Below, one piece after another: positions 46,938 to 57,699 of a stretch of 64,000 bases of DNA. The notes beneath the pieces are model-generated. The model ran no database searches, was not told where the DNA came from, and worked only from the letters and a program-made list of their open reading frames with translations. This stretch comes from an uncultured Fidelibacterota bacterium (lineage in GTDB: Bacteria > Fidelibacterota > Marinisomatia > Marinisomatales > Marinisomataceae). A program made the position numbers and the translations under genes. Where the stretch lies: contig CACBFQ010000002.1 in assembly GCA_902538565.1 (NCBI GenBank), positions 374,740-438,739 on the forward strand, written 5' to 3'. The number at the start of each line of letters is the position of its first letter. Within the stretch, counting starts at the first letter, position 1.

Positions 46938-47831
46938 ATGAATAAAATCTTCATATTTTTTATTGCGTTTTTTCTTTTAGGTGGAGCTAAAGACAAAGCA
47001 GCTCTTAAAAAAGAAATAATTAATTTTGACGAAAAGATAAGGGAATACTATGTTTCACTACCTGAAGATACATCAAAACCTTTTCCTATGATTATTAATT
47101 TTCATGGTTTTTTAAGTCATGCAATGGATCAACAAGGATTTTCACAAATGGATAATTACGCTCATCAAAATGGCATAGGAGTAATTTATCCTGAAGGTAT
47201 TAAAAGATCATGGAACGTAGGTAAAGCTATATTGAATGATGAAAATGATATTGATTTTGTAAATGCACTTATTGATTCAGTTTCGTTAAAATATAATATC
47301 GATTCTAATCGTATATATGCTTGCGGATTTTCAAATGGTGGCACCTTCTCATACGAGCTTATGTGTGGCCTATCTAATAAAATAGCTGCATTTGGATCTG
47401 TTGGAGGAAATTTTAGTATTAATGAAAACAGATTGTGTAACATAGATAGGGAAATTCCTTTAATTCATATTCATGGTACTAGAGATAGATTGCAAAAATA
47501 TAATCATTCAGATGGAGATTTTTTGAGTACAATTGAATCAGTTAATTATTGGGCTAAATACAATCAATTGGATATAAAAGTAGTTGAAAATATCGAAGAT
47601 ATTCATAAAAAAGATGGTACAACTGTTGAAAAGCATACTTACAGTAAAAATAATTCTAATACACAAGTAATTCATTTTAAGGTGGTTAAAGGCGGGCATC
47701 TATGGCTTGGCTCACCAATAGCAGATTGGCTTACCCTGAGACTATTTTTTGGCAGAAACAATCATGAAATAAATTCTAGCAAAGAAATTGTTGATTTTTT
47801 TCTAAAATATAAATTATCAGATTTTAATTAG
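46938..47831 (+). CDS. Secreted alpha/beta-hydrolase, PHB-depolymerase/LpqC-like esterase
   Basis: Signal peptide, NFHG, DDIDFV, GFSNGG nucleophile elbow, HIHGTRD and GGHLW. Confidence 0.85.
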   Translation: MNKIFIFFIAFFLLGGAKDKAALKKEIINFDEKIREYYVSLPEDTSKPFPMIINFHGFLSHAMDQQGFSQMDNYAHQNGIGVIYPEGIKRSWNVGKAILNDENDIDFVNALIDSVSLKYNIDSNRIYACGFSNGGTFSYELMCGLSNKIAAFGSVGGNFSINENRLCNIDREIPLIHIHGTRDRLQKYNHSDGDFLSTIESVNYWAKYNQLDIKVVENIEDIHKKDGTTVEKHTYSKNNSNTQVIHFKVVKGGHLWLGSPIADWLTLRLFFGRNNHEINSSKEIVDFFLKYKLSDFN

Positions 47832-48408
47832 GAAAGTCATCTCCTAAGGATTCCCATAAATACAGAGTAGCTACAGTTTTATAAGGAGACCACTTTTTAG
47901 ATATTCCGATAATTTGTTCTATGGAATCAACATGATATTTACTCTTAATAACATTAATTAATGCCAAGTCTCCATCAGGAAAGATATCAAGATTATTTTT
48001 CGAAAAAATCAAAAACATGTCAATAGTCCAATTCCCAATTCCTTTAATTTTAATTAGCTCATCACGTATAAATGAAGGATCATCGATTTTTTTCAGTAAT
48101 CGTATTTGTTTTTGATTATAAAATACATTTTCAATATAGGTTTTTTTTCTATTTGAGATTCCTATTTTCTTCCATTCATCTTGATTCCAGTCTGGGATAT
48201 TATTTTTGTTTGAATTATAGTAATTAATAAACCTATTAAAAATACTTATTCCAGCTTTAGTTGATATCTGTTGAAAAATTATATACTTACATAAATCAAG
48301 TACATAATCTTTAGATTTTGAAATCTGCGGTTTTCTATTTTGTTCTATAATTTTTTTTAAAATTTTATCTTTTTTTGATAAAAAAGTGATATGATTTTTA
48401 TTAACCAT
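47824..48408 (-). CDS. DNA-3-methyladenine glycosylase (AlkA/HhH-GPD)
   Basis: IIFQQIS, IKGIGNWTIDMFLIF, FPDGDL and WSPYKT. Confidence 0.88.
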   Translation of the reverse strand: MVNKNHITFLSKKDKILKKIIEQNRKPQISKSKDYVLDLCKYIIFQQISTKAGISIFNRFINYYNSNKNNIPDWNQDEWKKIGISNRKKTYIENVFYNQKQIRLLKKIDDPSFIRDELIKIKGIGNWTIDMFLIFSKNNLDIFPDGDLALINVIKSKYHVDSIEQIIGISKKWSPYKTVATLYLWESLGDDFPN

Positions 48409-49376
48409 TATTGATTTTTAAAAAACTGCCAAATTAATTCGGAAGTATTGATGTCATGACCCCAGCTTCTGTTCCACCATATGTGCCCTTCACCTTCCAG
48501 TGAGTACAATTCAACAGATTTGCCTTCTTCACAATCATATGATATAAGTCTCTTAGTTATTCTACCATCTCCATTAAAATCTGGAAGATTTATTTCTGTT
48601 TGTGAATTACATACATTATGAGTTTTCCAAAAAGCGTGAGCATCTCTTGCTGACAAACTCCACTCAACTCCATCATATGGAACTACATCATCTGCCGTAC
48701 CATGAAAATGAATGGTACTAGTTTTTTTTGGAGGATTACATTGATAATATCCAGACATGGAACCAGTAACAGACCCAACACTATTAATTTCGTTTAGTTC
48801 ACAAGCTAATCTATAACTCATAAATCCTCCTAAAGACATTCCTGTTGAAAATATTTTTGAACCATCAATATTATAGCTTGCCTTAAAATATTTTATCAAT
48901 GCTCTAAAAAGTCCTACATCATTAACAAAATTGAATGTAGGAACAACATTTACATTCCATCCGGTATTTCCAAAAGCATCAGTTGTTCCTTGAACATAGA
49001 CTACTATGAAATTTTCCTGATCTGCAATTTGATCAAAACCTGAATACAGTCTCATTGAAGGAGCCTGCCCAGTGTAACCATGTAATACAAATACTAATGG
49101 TAATGATTGAGTTTCGTAATCAAAGTTTGGTGGAACATGAACAATAAAACTTCTTTGATAGTTTCCATAGTTAGTTGAAAAAGAAGCTGTTTGGTCATTA
49201 TATGTAGTAATTAATTCAACTGTTAATTCAGAAATCGTTTGATTTCCTCCTCCTGTAAATCCTCCTCCACTATTCCCATCATTACCGCTATCGGTTAAAA
49301 TATTTTCTGAATTTATATCAGAAGTACAATTTAAAATGGCTAGAGTGCAGAATAATATGGTAAAAAACTTATTCAT
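48408..49376 (-). CDS. Second PHB-depolymerase/LpqC-like esterase, possibly a lipoprotein
   Basis: Signal peptide ending LNC, Gly-rich linker, VLHGY, GMSLGG, HFHGTADDVVPY and EGHIW. Confidence 0.85.
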   Translation of the reverse strand: MNKFFTILFCTLAILNCTSDINSENILTDSGNDGNSGGGFTGGGNQTISELTVELITTYNDQTASFSTNYGNYQRSFIVHVPPNFDYETQSLPLVFVLHGYTGQAPSMRLYSGFDQIADQENFIVVYVQGTTDAFGNTGWNVNVVPTFNFVNDVGLFRALIKYFKASYNIDGSKIFSTGMSLGGFMSYRLACELNEINSVGSVTGSMSGYYQCNPPKKTSTIHFHGTADDVVPYDGVEWSLSARDAHAFWKTHNVCNSQTEINLPDFNGDGRITKRLISYDCEEGKSVELYSLEGEGHIWWNRSWGHDINTSELIWQFFKNQ

Positions 49377-49956
49377 TTATATTCTTAATAATTTTATCTA
49401 TTTCATTAAAAAGTTCTGAAGTAGAGGAATTATTATAAATTACAAAATCTGCATGTTTAATTTTTTGACTATCTTCCATTTGTAATTTTATTCTTTCAAT
49501 TATTGTTTTTTTTGATAAGTTATTTCTTGCAAGAGCTCTTTGAATTCTAATTTCTTCATCTGCTACTACCAAAACTAGTTTTGATTCGTTACTTTTATGG
49601 TACTCAAACATCCCAGACTCAATAATGAGAGCTGCGTCAATAATAAATAGGTTATAAGAATTTTTTTTCTCTTTTATTCTTTCTAAAATCACTTGATTGA
49701 TTATAGGATGAATGATATTATTTAATTTCTTTTGAGATTCTTTATTTTGGAAGGCTTCATCAGCTATTGATTTTAAAGATAAGTCAGAAATGTTTGGAAA
49801 CGTTTCTTTTATCTTGTCTTTAACAATATCATCATTAAGTAGTTTTTTTGCCTCTTCATCTGCATTAAAAATATACGCTTTATATCTATCTTTTAAATAT
49901 GAGGATAGTATGCTTTTACCTGATGCAATACCACCAGTAATTCCTATTACTTTCAT
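49369..49956 (-). CDS. coaE: Dephospho-CoA kinase
   Basis: IGITGGIASGKS, LNNIIHP, IDAALIIE, RIKLQM and ADFVIYN. Confidence 0.92.
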   Translation of the reverse strand: MKVIGITGGIASGKSILSSYLKDRYKAYIFNADEEAKKLLNDDIVKDKIKETFPNISDLSLKSIADEAFQNKESQKKLNNIIHPIINQVILERIKEKKNSYNLFIIDAALIIESGMFEYHKSNESKLVLVVADEEIRIQRALARNNLSKKTIIERIKLQMEDSQKIKHADFVIYNNSSTSELFNEIDKIIKNINE

Positions 49957-50507
49957 TATGGAATACGCTTTAAAATTCTCTCTGTGACTTTATCAATCGA
50001 TCCATCACCATCAACATTAATTATATTACCATGGTAAAATTCAATTAATGGGGCAGTTAATTCTAAATAAACATTTTGACGATTTTTAATAACTTCTTCC
50101 GTATCATCAGCTCTACCTGAATTTTTAGCTCTTTCAACTAATCTTCTTATTAAAACATCTTTATCAACTTCTATATTAATTATAGCATCAATATCTTGAT
50201 TTAAAGATTGAAAAATTTTTGATAAACCATCAGCTTGAGGAATTGTTCTTGGAAAACCATCTAGTATAACTCCCTCATCCTTTAATTCAGTTAATGTTGA
50301 ATTCATCATTTCTAAAAGGACTTCATCTGGCACAAGATTACCTGCATTCATGTATGTCTGTGCCTTTAATCCAACTTCTGAATTTCTATCAATCTCTTTT
50401 CTAAGAATATCTCCAGTAGAAAGGTGCACAAGGTTAAATTTATGTGCAAGAATTTTAGCTTGGGTTCCTTTGCCTGCTCCTGGGGGACCCATAATTAAGA
50501 GTTTCAT
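49956..50507 (-). CDS. adk: Adenylate kinase (short form, no large LID)
   Basis: GPPGAGKGTQA, HLSTGDILR, ILDGFPRT and GRADD. Confidence 0.95.
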   Translation of the reverse strand: MKLLIMGPPGAGKGTQAKILAHKFNLVHLSTGDILRKEIDRNSEVGLKAQTYMNAGNLVPDEVLLEMMNSTLTELKDEGVILDGFPRTIPQADGLSKIFQSLNQDIDAIINIEVDKDVLIRRLVERAKNSGRADDTEEVIKNRQNVYLELTAPLIEFYHGNIINVDGDGSIDKVTERILKRIP

Positions 50508-51020
50508 TTAAATACCTTGAGATTTAGGTGGATCAAAAATCGCCTGCATGACAATTGCTAATTTGGTAGGTTTATTTTTTAGCTTATTTTGTAATGTAAG
50601 TAATTTTTGCTCTGAATGAGTTACAACATTATTGGTGTTTATTCTGGATTGTAAATAATCTAAATGCTTGTCTTTTATGTTAATAGTTGAATCCTCTTTA
50701 TCAACTATATTCAAATCAGGTACTTCGTTAATAACTGATTGATTTAATTGTTTTGATTGATGTTGAGTAAGTAAATCATCATTTGACTGTTGATTAATAT
50801 TCGAAGCTAAATCATCATCTAGATTCAATGCAGACTTCTCCATTGCTTCATCCAAAAATTCAAAAATATTATTAAAATCTGTCCTTGAGTTTCTGTTTTC
50901 AGTTTGAGATGAAGGTTCTATAACTTGAAATTCTTCTGCTTCTACCTTTTTCTGCCTACTTCTATAGGCAGAAAAAAGATAGAATAGGAAAATAATTCCC
51001 CAATATATCAACTCTTCCAA
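50508..51020 (-). CDS. Hypothetical protein with N-terminal membrane anchor
   Basis: TTG start, one TM then a polar region; lies between floA and adk. Confidence 0.6.
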   Translation of the reverse strand: MEELIYWGIIFLFYLFSAYRSRQKKVEAEEFQVIEPSSQTENRNSRTDFNNIFEFLDEAMEKSALNLDDDLASNINQQSNDDLLTQHQSKQLNQSVINEVPDLNIVDKEDSTINIKDKHLDYLQSRINTNNVVTHSEQKLLTLQNKLKNKPTKLAIVMQAIFDPPKSQGI

Positions 51021-51022
51021 AT

Positions 51023-51994
51023 CTAATCCTCAGATTCGTCTTTTTTATCATCTGTGACACCAGCAATTGATTGTCTCATGGAAGTATCAGATGCAATATT
51101 ATCTAACTTATAATAATCTAATACACCCAAATTGCCTTTTTTAAAAGCATCTGCCATAGCTAAAGGTACTTCAGACTCTGCCTCTACCACTTTTGCTTTC
51201 ATTTCTTGCTCTAAAGCAACAGCCATAGCTCTTCTAGTTTCAGCTTTAGCTTGGGCCACTCTCAAGTCTGCTTCTGCCTGATCAGCTTGCAATTGTGCAC
51301 CAATATTCTTTCCTACATCAATGTCCGCAATATCAATTGAAAGAATTTCAAAAGCTGTTCCTTTATTTAGACCTTTATCTAATACTGTTTTTGATATTGA
51401 ATCAGGATTTTCAAGTACAGCTTCATATGTTTCTCTTGAACCGATTGCGCTTACGATACCTTCACCTACTCTTGCAATAATAGTGTCTTCGGTTGCACCC
51501 CCAACAAGGTTTGGAATGTCTGTTCTTACAGTCACTCTTGCTCTTGCTCTCACCTCGATACCATCTTTAGCAACAGCTGATAGCTTACCATCCACAGGAG
51601 CATCAATCACTTTAGGATATACGCTTGTTTGGACAGCAGATAAGACATCTCTTCCTGCTAAATCAATAGCTGTTGCAATTGAATAACTTAGTTCAATTCC
51701 TGCTTTTGTGGAGGCAATTAATGCATCAACGACTTTATCAACATTTCCACCAGCCATGTAATGTACTTCAAGGTCGCCGGTTGATACGTTATCAAGGCCT
51801 GCCTTCCTTGCAGCGATTAAACCATTTACAATAACTCCTGGGGGCACACGTCTAAATCTCATACCAACAAGACCTAGTATCGTTACACTTCCTCCTCCAA
51901 TACTAAAAATAGCTTGTAACCACAAACCGACTGGCACAATCCATAATAGCAATAAAATAAATAAAATTAACGGTACGGCAACAAATAGTCCCAT
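51023..51994 (-). CDS. floA: Flotillin-like protein FloA (YqfA)
   Basis: [57 protein letters not shown] and LQADQAEAD; GAAGGAG SD upstream. Confidence 0.95.
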   Translation of the reverse strand: MGLFVAVPLILFILLLLWIVPVGLWLQAIFSIGGGSVTILGLVGMRFRRVPPGVIVNGLIAARKAGLDNVSTGDLEVHYMAGGNVDKVVDALIASTKAGIELSYSIATAIDLAGRDVLSAVQTSVYPKVIDAPVDGKLSAVAKDGIEVRARARVTVRTDIPNLVGGATEDTIIARVGEGIVSAIGSRETYEAVLENPDSISKTVLDKGLNKGTAFEILSIDIADIDVGKNIGAQLQADQAEADLRVAQAKAETRRAMAVALEQEMKAKVVEAESEVPLAMADAFKKGNLGVLDYYKLDNIASDTSMRQSIAGVTDDKKDESED

Positions 51995-52053
51995 TACTCC
52001 TCCTTCATATGTTAAATATCAAATTTACGTTTTTTGCAATCAATGTAATATGA

Positions 52054-53259
52054 TTACTCAGCTTTACTTCTATTTTTAAAGTTCTTTTTTAAGGTTGTTT
52101 TATTAGAATCACTATTTACTAATTTTTGAAAAAAAGTAGATTTACCAATTAACCTCAAAATAAAAATTATACCAAAAATTCCTACAACAATTGCCCATGA
52201 AAATCCATCTAAAGCTTCGGAATAAACTTCAGGGCTCACAGGTACATCAGGAATTAATAATAAATACAATCCATAAAATAGTACAACTATACCAGTAATT
52301 CCGAATACTCCAAAGCCAGGAATTGCGACAGCCTCAACAAATAAAAGTACCAGGCCTAATAAAACTATAAGAAGATCTGTTGAGGAAGCTAGTTGTGTTA
52401 AATATCCAGCTCCAAGCGCTAGAGTTAAACAAATAATACCAATAGTTCCACCTATGCCCCATCCTGCGCTATACAACTCAGATATTACTCCAATGGTACC
52501 AAATGTAGTTAATAATGATGAAACTGTGGGGTTGGTCAATATTCTAACAACATTTTCGGACCAGTTTTCACCTACAATGACTATTTCATAATCTTCAATT
52601 TTTAAGGACGAAAGTACCTCTTCAATATTCTCACCTTTACCATCAGCAATTCCATACTTTAATGCTAACTCAGTAGTTAATGTAATTAATTTTCCCTCTT
52701 TTCTTCCCTCAATATCACCTACTTGAAGTGTATCTCCTTCGACAACTAGATATTCAAAACTCAATTCTTCATCAACCATTCCACGCGCAATATCAGGATT
52801 TTTACCTGATTTTTCTGCTGTTGCAGCCATTTCTTCTCGCATATAACTTTGAGATTTTTCTGATTGTTTCGAACCTGACATATCAACAACGCTTGTAGCC
52901 CCAATAGTAGCACCACCTGTCATATAAATTTGATCACAAGATAGTGATATTAAGGAGCCTGCAGAAATAGCTCTTCTATTAATAAATGCAACTGTCTCTA
53001 TTTCAGTAGATGATATAGAATCTTTAATTTGCGTAGCAGCATCAACGCGCCCACCAAAAGTATCAATATCGAAAATAATAAGTGAAGCATTATTTGTTTC
53101 AGCTAAATCAATCGCTCTAGAAACCAATCCTGGAATACCTAGATCAATCACATCTTGTATAGGGACAACATACACTTTTTTGCTTGTTTGCTCTGCAAAA
53201 ATGAATGCAGAAAGTAGAAAAGCAATACCTATTAATATGTTCTTAAATTTTGTTTTCAT
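52054..53259 (-). CDS. NfeD/YqeZ-like membrane protein with ClpP-like serine protease domain, no C-terminal OB domain visible
   Basis: IDTFGGRVDAA, AISAGSLI, ATIGA, ARGMVD, LITLT and IPGFGVFGI; adjacent to floA. Confidence 0.88.
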   Translation of the reverse strand: MKTKFKNILIGIAFLLSAFIFAEQTSKKVYVVPIQDVIDLGIPGLVSRAIDLAETNNASLIIFDIDTFGGRVDAATQIKDSISSTEIETVAFINRRAISAGSLISLSCDQIYMTGGATIGATSVVDMSGSKQSEKSQSYMREEMAATAEKSGKNPDIARGMVDEELSFEYLVVEGDTLQVGDIEGRKEGKLITLTTELALKYGIADGKGENIEEVLSSLKIEDYEIVIVGENWSENVVRILTNPTVSSLLTTFGTIGVISELYSAGWGIGGTIGIICLTLALGAGYLTQLASSTDLLIVLLGLVLLFVEAVAIPGFGVFGITGIVVLFYGLYLLLIPDVPVSPEVYSEALDGFSWAIVVGIFGIIFILRLIGKSTFFQKLVNSDSNKTTLKKNFKNRSKAE

Positions 53260-53281
53260 TACTAATTCAAAGATTTACATT

Positions 53282-54121
53282 ATGGAGATGTATTTTTTTT
53301 TAAAAGTGTTTTCTTCGTACTTAAGAAATGCTCCAATGTTTGCATATAATATTACCTATAAAATAATTTATAGTCTACTATTCCATGTGTTAAAAATGAG
53401 GAAAAAAGTAGTATTAATCAATTTACGTTGGGCATTTAAGAATAAAAGTGAAGACTGGTACCAAAATACGATGCAGAAGTGCTATGAATTTTTTAGTATA
53501 GAATTTTTGGATTTTTTATCGTTTCCAAAATATTACGACTTCTCAAATATGAAATTCAAAAATTTAGAAGTATTAGATGCAGCTCATGCTGAAAATAAGG
53601 GAGTTATTCTTGTTGGCTCTCATTTTGGATCTTTTGATAAATTATTTTATGCATTGTACAAAAAAGAATATGTTTTAACAGGAGTTGCCTACAAACAAAA
53701 TAGTAATGGTGCAGACATTTTTTTTAAAGAAATCCGAGAGAATTTTGTTAAGGATCAATTATATAAAGGCGGGGATATCAAACAATTAAAACGTTCGTTG
53801 GTTAAAAATAATATTTTAGTTTTATTAAGCGATCAGGATGCAAAGAAAAAAGGGGTTATATCTCAATTTTTTGAAATTGATTCATCGACTCATTCAGGTG
53901 CTGCTATATTAAGCAAAAGGAATAAGAGTCCTATTATTTACGCAAGCATTACAAAAAAAGATAAAGTATACGAGATAGAATTTAAAAAAATTGATACTTC
54001 TGGTAGTATCAACGATATTGTACAACAATATACTTCTGAAATTGAAAAAACAATTATCAAAAATCCAGAGCAATATTTTTGGTTTCATAAGAGATGGAAG
54101 TCTGTTAGAAAATATCAATGA
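53282..54121 (+). CDS. Lipid A secondary acyltransferase (LpxL/HtrB family)
   Basis: INLRWAF, GVILVGSHFGSFD, LLSDQDA and PEQYFWFHKRWK. Start moved to ATG 53282. Confidence 0.85.
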   Translation: MEMYFFLKVFSSYLRNAPMFAYNITYKIIYSLLFHVLKMRKKVVLINLRWAFKNKSEDWYQNTMQKCYEFFSIEFLDFLSFPKYYDFSNMKFKNLEVLDAAHAENKGVILVGSHFGSFDKLFYALYKKEYVLTGVAYKQNSNGADIFFKEIRENFVKDQLYKGGDIKQLKRSLVKNNILVLLSDQDAKKKGVISQFFEIDSSTHSGAAILSKRNKSPIIYASITKKDKVYEIEFKKIDTSGSINDIVQQYTSEIEKTIIKNPEQYFWFHKRWKSVRKYQ

Positions 54122-54681
54122 AAAGAGTTAAAACAGACGATCCGAATTCGGTTGACATATTTATTAATGCATTGAAAAACAATCAAATCATCGCATACCC
54201 AACAGATACCATATATGGTTTAGGTACTGCAATGAATAATGATGAAGGAATTGAAAGAATCAATCTGATGAAAATGCGAGAACAGCCAATGAGTGTTGCA
54301 TTGGGAAACTTTAGTGTTATTAAAAATCACATTATAGCAAATGAAAATGAAATGTTTGAAATAAAAGAAATTCTCAAAGATGGTAGTACCTGCATTGTGC
54401 CATATATTCCTGGATCATTAAATGATAAAATTGCTAAAGATGGTAAAATAGGATTTAGAATCCCTAATCATGAATATCTAAAAACTGTATTAAATGAATA
54501 TAAGCAACCTATTACAACCACCAGTGTTAATAAAACAGGATCTGAACCTTTATATATTCCAGATAAGATTGAAGAACATTTTGGTGATAAAATTGATTTA
54601 TTGATTGATGATGGAATGATCAAAAATAGTCCTTCAAAAATTTTTATATTTGAAAAGAACGAAATAAAACGAATACGTTAA
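54118..54681 (+). CDS. tsaC: L-threonylcarbamoyladenylate synthase (TsaC/Sua5/YrdC)
   Basis: IAYPTDTIYGLG, IGFRIP, ITTTSVN and IDLLIDDG. Confidence 0.88.
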   Translation: MKRVKTDDPNSVDIFINALKNNQIIAYPTDTIYGLGTAMNNDEGIERINLMKMREQPMSVALGNFSVIKNHIIANENEMFEIKEILKDGSTCIVPYIPGSLNDKIAKDGKIGFRIPNHEYLKTVLNEYKQPITTTSVNKTGSEPLYIPDKIEEHFGDKIDLLIDDGMIKNSPSKIFIFEKNEIKRIR

Positions 54682-55398
54682 ATGAAATTAATTATAATCC
54701 TTGTTTTAAGCTCATTTTCATTAATGGCAAATAGTCAAAATGATCGTTTTGGCTCTAAAGTAAAATATGAATATAATGCATATCTTGAAGTATTAAATCT
54801 AAAACTAGGGGAAGCTTCTTTATCAGTAATGGCTCCAGGAACTATAGACGGAATAAATGTTTACCATTTAAATTTTAATGTTCGTACTACTAAGTTGGGA
54901 GACAGAATATATAAAATAAGAAATAAAATCGATGTTTGGGTAAACCAGGAAACTCTGAATGTAGTAAAACAAAATAAAAATATAAGGGAGCTTCGAAAAA
55001 AGAAGAATTCTAAAACTATTATTAGAAATCAGAAAGGAGTCACAAATGGTAAGGAATTTAAGGTTAAAGACAACGTTTTTGATCCATACTCACTAATATT
55101 AATTTTATCAGAATTTGATATACCAATTAATCAATCTAAAGAGTTGAATATCGTTGATGCTGGTAAAAGCAGAACAATAGAAATAAAAAATCTTGGTACT
55201 CAAACAATTAAAACACCATATGGAAACAAGCAGGGATATACTTTATCTCCGGTGAAAAATGGACAACCAGTTCTTAAAAATAAAGGTGATATGGAAGTAA
55301 GTTATGTGTCAATTAATGATACCTTAGTTCCAGCTAAGATATTGATAAAACTTGGTAGCGGGGTTATCGAATTAAGACTTAAAAAAATACGCGAATAA
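54682..55398 (+). CDS. DUF3108-like exported protein
   Basis: Signal peptide, YEY..LGEA, VFDPYS, TIKTPYG and VPAKI patterns. Confidence 0.6.
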   Translation: MKLIIILVLSSFSLMANSQNDRFGSKVKYEYNAYLEVLNLKLGEASLSVMAPGTIDGINVYHLNFNVRTTKLGDRIYKIRNKIDVWVNQETLNVVKQNKNIRELRKKKNSKTIIRNQKGVTNGKEFKVKDNVFDPYSLILILSEFDIPINQSKELNIVDAGKSRTIEIKNLGTQTIKTPYGNKQGYTLSPVKNGQPVLKNKGDMEVSYVSINDTLVPAKILIKLGSGVIELRLKKIRE

Positions 55399-56551
55399 TA
55401 TCATTTAAAAGCAAAAATACCATTAATGATAATAGTATAGACATTCCTACCGATTGGATTCTTATCCTAGCCTTTACAGATAGTTTTCTGCCCATTAAAA
55501 CTTCAATTAATATTAAAGCAATGTGTCCTCCATCTAATCCAGGTATAGGTAAAATATTTATGTATGCAAGATTAACGCTAATCAAAGCCATTAGAAAAAG
55601 AAAGGGTACTAAGCCTGCTTGAGCTGCTTGACCTGCCATATCACCAATCATTATTACACTTCCAACCTCGTCTCGTGATACGTTACCTTGAAAAATCATT
55701 TTCAGTGATGAAGTCATTAAAGTCATTGCCCAAGTCGTTTCATTGAAACCGTACACAACTGACTCTCGAAAATTTAATTCAACTGGAACTTGAGACTTTG
55801 ATACCCCCAATGTACCAACCTGTTGGTCAACTCTGCCTGTGGATAAATTTGGTCTAGATCCCAAAGTAGCTTCCAAGAAAAATATTTCTCCACTTCGCTC
55901 TATAACAATTGGTATTGTTTCATTTGGGTGTTGTGAAATATTTGCAACAGCTTCATTCCAAGTTTCAACCTCAACATTATCAATAGATATTATTTTATCA
56001 CCAGCTATAATCCCAGCAAGCTCAGCCGATTGTTCAGGTACCACATAGTCTATGACAGTGTCATTAGTTTCAACTTTTGCGTCACCTTGTAGATTACCTA
56101 TTAAAACAAAGACCAAAAATGTTAATACCAGGTTCATAATGACACCAGCGCTCATCACCCATATTTTTTGTAAGGCATTTTTAGATTCAAGTTCATCATC
56201 AGCGCCTTTAAAATTGCTGTCCATACTTTCATCTAAGATACCCTTCATTTTTACATACCCACCTAAAGGCAATAATCCAATTGTATATATTGTTTCTGAT
56301 GGTGAATTAAATGAACTAAACGTTGTGGAAAATATCTTTTTCCACTTAATTTTTTTATCCTGAAGGCCAAAAAAGTATATGTCTATCACTAAACCCTTTT
56401 CTGTTTTTATAAAATCAATAAAATTTGGTGGCATACCAACGGAGAAGCGTTCTACTCCGACACCGACGCTTCTTGCAGCCCAAAAGTGTCCAAGCTCATG
56501 AACAAAAACAATTACGCCAATCAATACTATAAATGCTAATATATATATCAT
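55379..56551 (-). CDS. rseP: RIP metalloprotease RseP
   Basis: VHELGH, PLGGYVKM, SAGVIMN, PDZ domain and NILPIPGLDGG. Confidence 0.95.
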   Translation of the reverse strand: MIYILAFIVLIGVIVFVHELGHFWAARSVGVGVERFSVGMPPNFIDFIKTEKGLVIDIYFFGLQDKKIKWKKIFSTTFSSFNSPSETIYTIGLLPLGGYVKMKGILDESMDSNFKGADDELESKNALQKIWVMSAGVIMNLVLTFLVFVLIGNLQGDAKVETNDTVIDYVVPEQSAELAGIIAGDKIISIDNVEVETWNEAVANISQHPNETIPIVIERSGEIFFLEATLGSRPNLSTGRVDQQVGTLGVSKSQVPVELNFRESVVYGFNETTWAMTLMTSSLKMIFQGNVSRDEVGSVIMIGDMAGQAAQAGLVPFLFLMALISVNLAYINILPIPGLDGGHIALILIEVLMGRKLSVKARIRIQSVGMSILLSLMVFLLLNDIIRVFF

Positions 56552-56557
56552 ATTATT

Positions 56558-57691
56558 TTAATTAGGGTTCAAATATAATTGAATATTTTTATCTAAAATA
56601 AATAATTCTTCTAAAGAAGGTAAATCATCGGAAGCAAATTCATCAACAACCTCTTTAATTAAAGAGAATATTTCATTAAAAGAAATTTTTTGATCAAGAA
56701 ATTTTTGAACAATATAATCATTGGCCATGCTCATTGCAGCTACTCTATTTCCACCTAAATTAATTAGCTCTTCAACAAGCGATAAAATTGGGTACCTTTC
56801 TAGGTCAGGTTTTTTAAAATCTAAATTTAAATTATCAAAATCTAAGCTTCCTACTGAGGCATCTTTTCTTTCAGGAAAAGTTAATGCATACTGAATAGGA
56901 ACTTTCATATCAGGCAACCCTAGGTGAGCTTTGTAAGAACCATCAACAAACTCAACCATTGAATGTACAATAGACTGTGGATGAATAGTAATTTGTATCT
57001 TATCAAGCTTTATATTGAATAGCCATAATGCTTCAACCAACTCTAATGCTTTATTCATCATTGTCGCAGAATCAATTGATATCTTTGCTCCCATGTCCCA
57101 ATTCGGGTGTTTTAGCGCTTCGTTAGGTGTAATAGTATCAAATTCATGAATTGGTTTTTTAAGAAACGGTCCACCACTGCCAGTAAGAATAATTTTTTTT
57201 AATTCTTTTTGATTTTCACCGTTCAAGCATTGAAAAATAGCTGAGTGCTCACTATCGACAGGAATTATATTTACATTTTTTTTGTTTGCCAACGGCATAA
57301 TAATATGACCTCCAAGCACTAATGACTCTTTGTTACTTAAAGCGACATCAACACCGTTCTTAATTAATTTAATTGTAGGTCGTAAACCAGAAGTACCGAC
57401 AATAGCATTAATTGCTAAATCTAAATTACTAAATGGTATATTGCTTGAAGCATCATTACCAGTTATAAGTTCAATATTATTTTTTTCACATAGATTAAAA
57501 AGATTATGGGAAGAATCAATCACATCAATTGCAACAAAATCAGGTGAGTATTTTTTAGTTTGTTCAAAAAGAAGATCAGCATTAGAGTGGCAAGTAAGAC
57601 CAATCACTTTGTGAGAATTATTTTTCGAAATTACATCTAATGATTGAATCCCAATTGATCCTGTAGAGCCCATTACAACAATATTTTTCAT
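56558..57691 (-). CDS. dxr: 1-deoxy-D-xylulose-5-phosphate reductoisomerase
   Basis: GSTGSIG, LSNKESLV, PVDSEHSAIFQ, HPNWDMGAKISIDSATMMNK and PDMKVPI. Confidence 0.97.
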   Translation of the reverse strand: MKNIVVMGSTGSIGIQSLDVISKNNSHKVIGLTCHSNADLLFEQTKKYSPDFVAIDVIDSSHNLFNLCEKNNIELITGNDASSNIPFSNLDLAINAIVGTSGLRPTIKLIKNGVDVALSNKESLVLGGHIIMPLANKKNVNIIPVDSEHSAIFQCLNGENQKELKKIILTGSGGPFLKKPIHEFDTITPNEALKHPNWDMGAKISIDSATMMNKALELVEALWLFNIKLDKIQITIHPQSIVHSMVEFVDGSYKAHLGLPDMKVPIQYALTFPERKDASVGSLDFDNLNLDFKKPDLERYPILSLVEELINLGGNRVAAMSMANDYIVQKFLDQKISFNEIFSLIKEVVDEFASDDLPSLEELFILDKNIQLYLNPN

Positions 57692-57699
57692 CAGAAGTA

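Noticed and set aside
49956-50507. Adenylate kinase lacking the long LID
   Set aside because: Short-form Adk is well known in several bacterial phyla.
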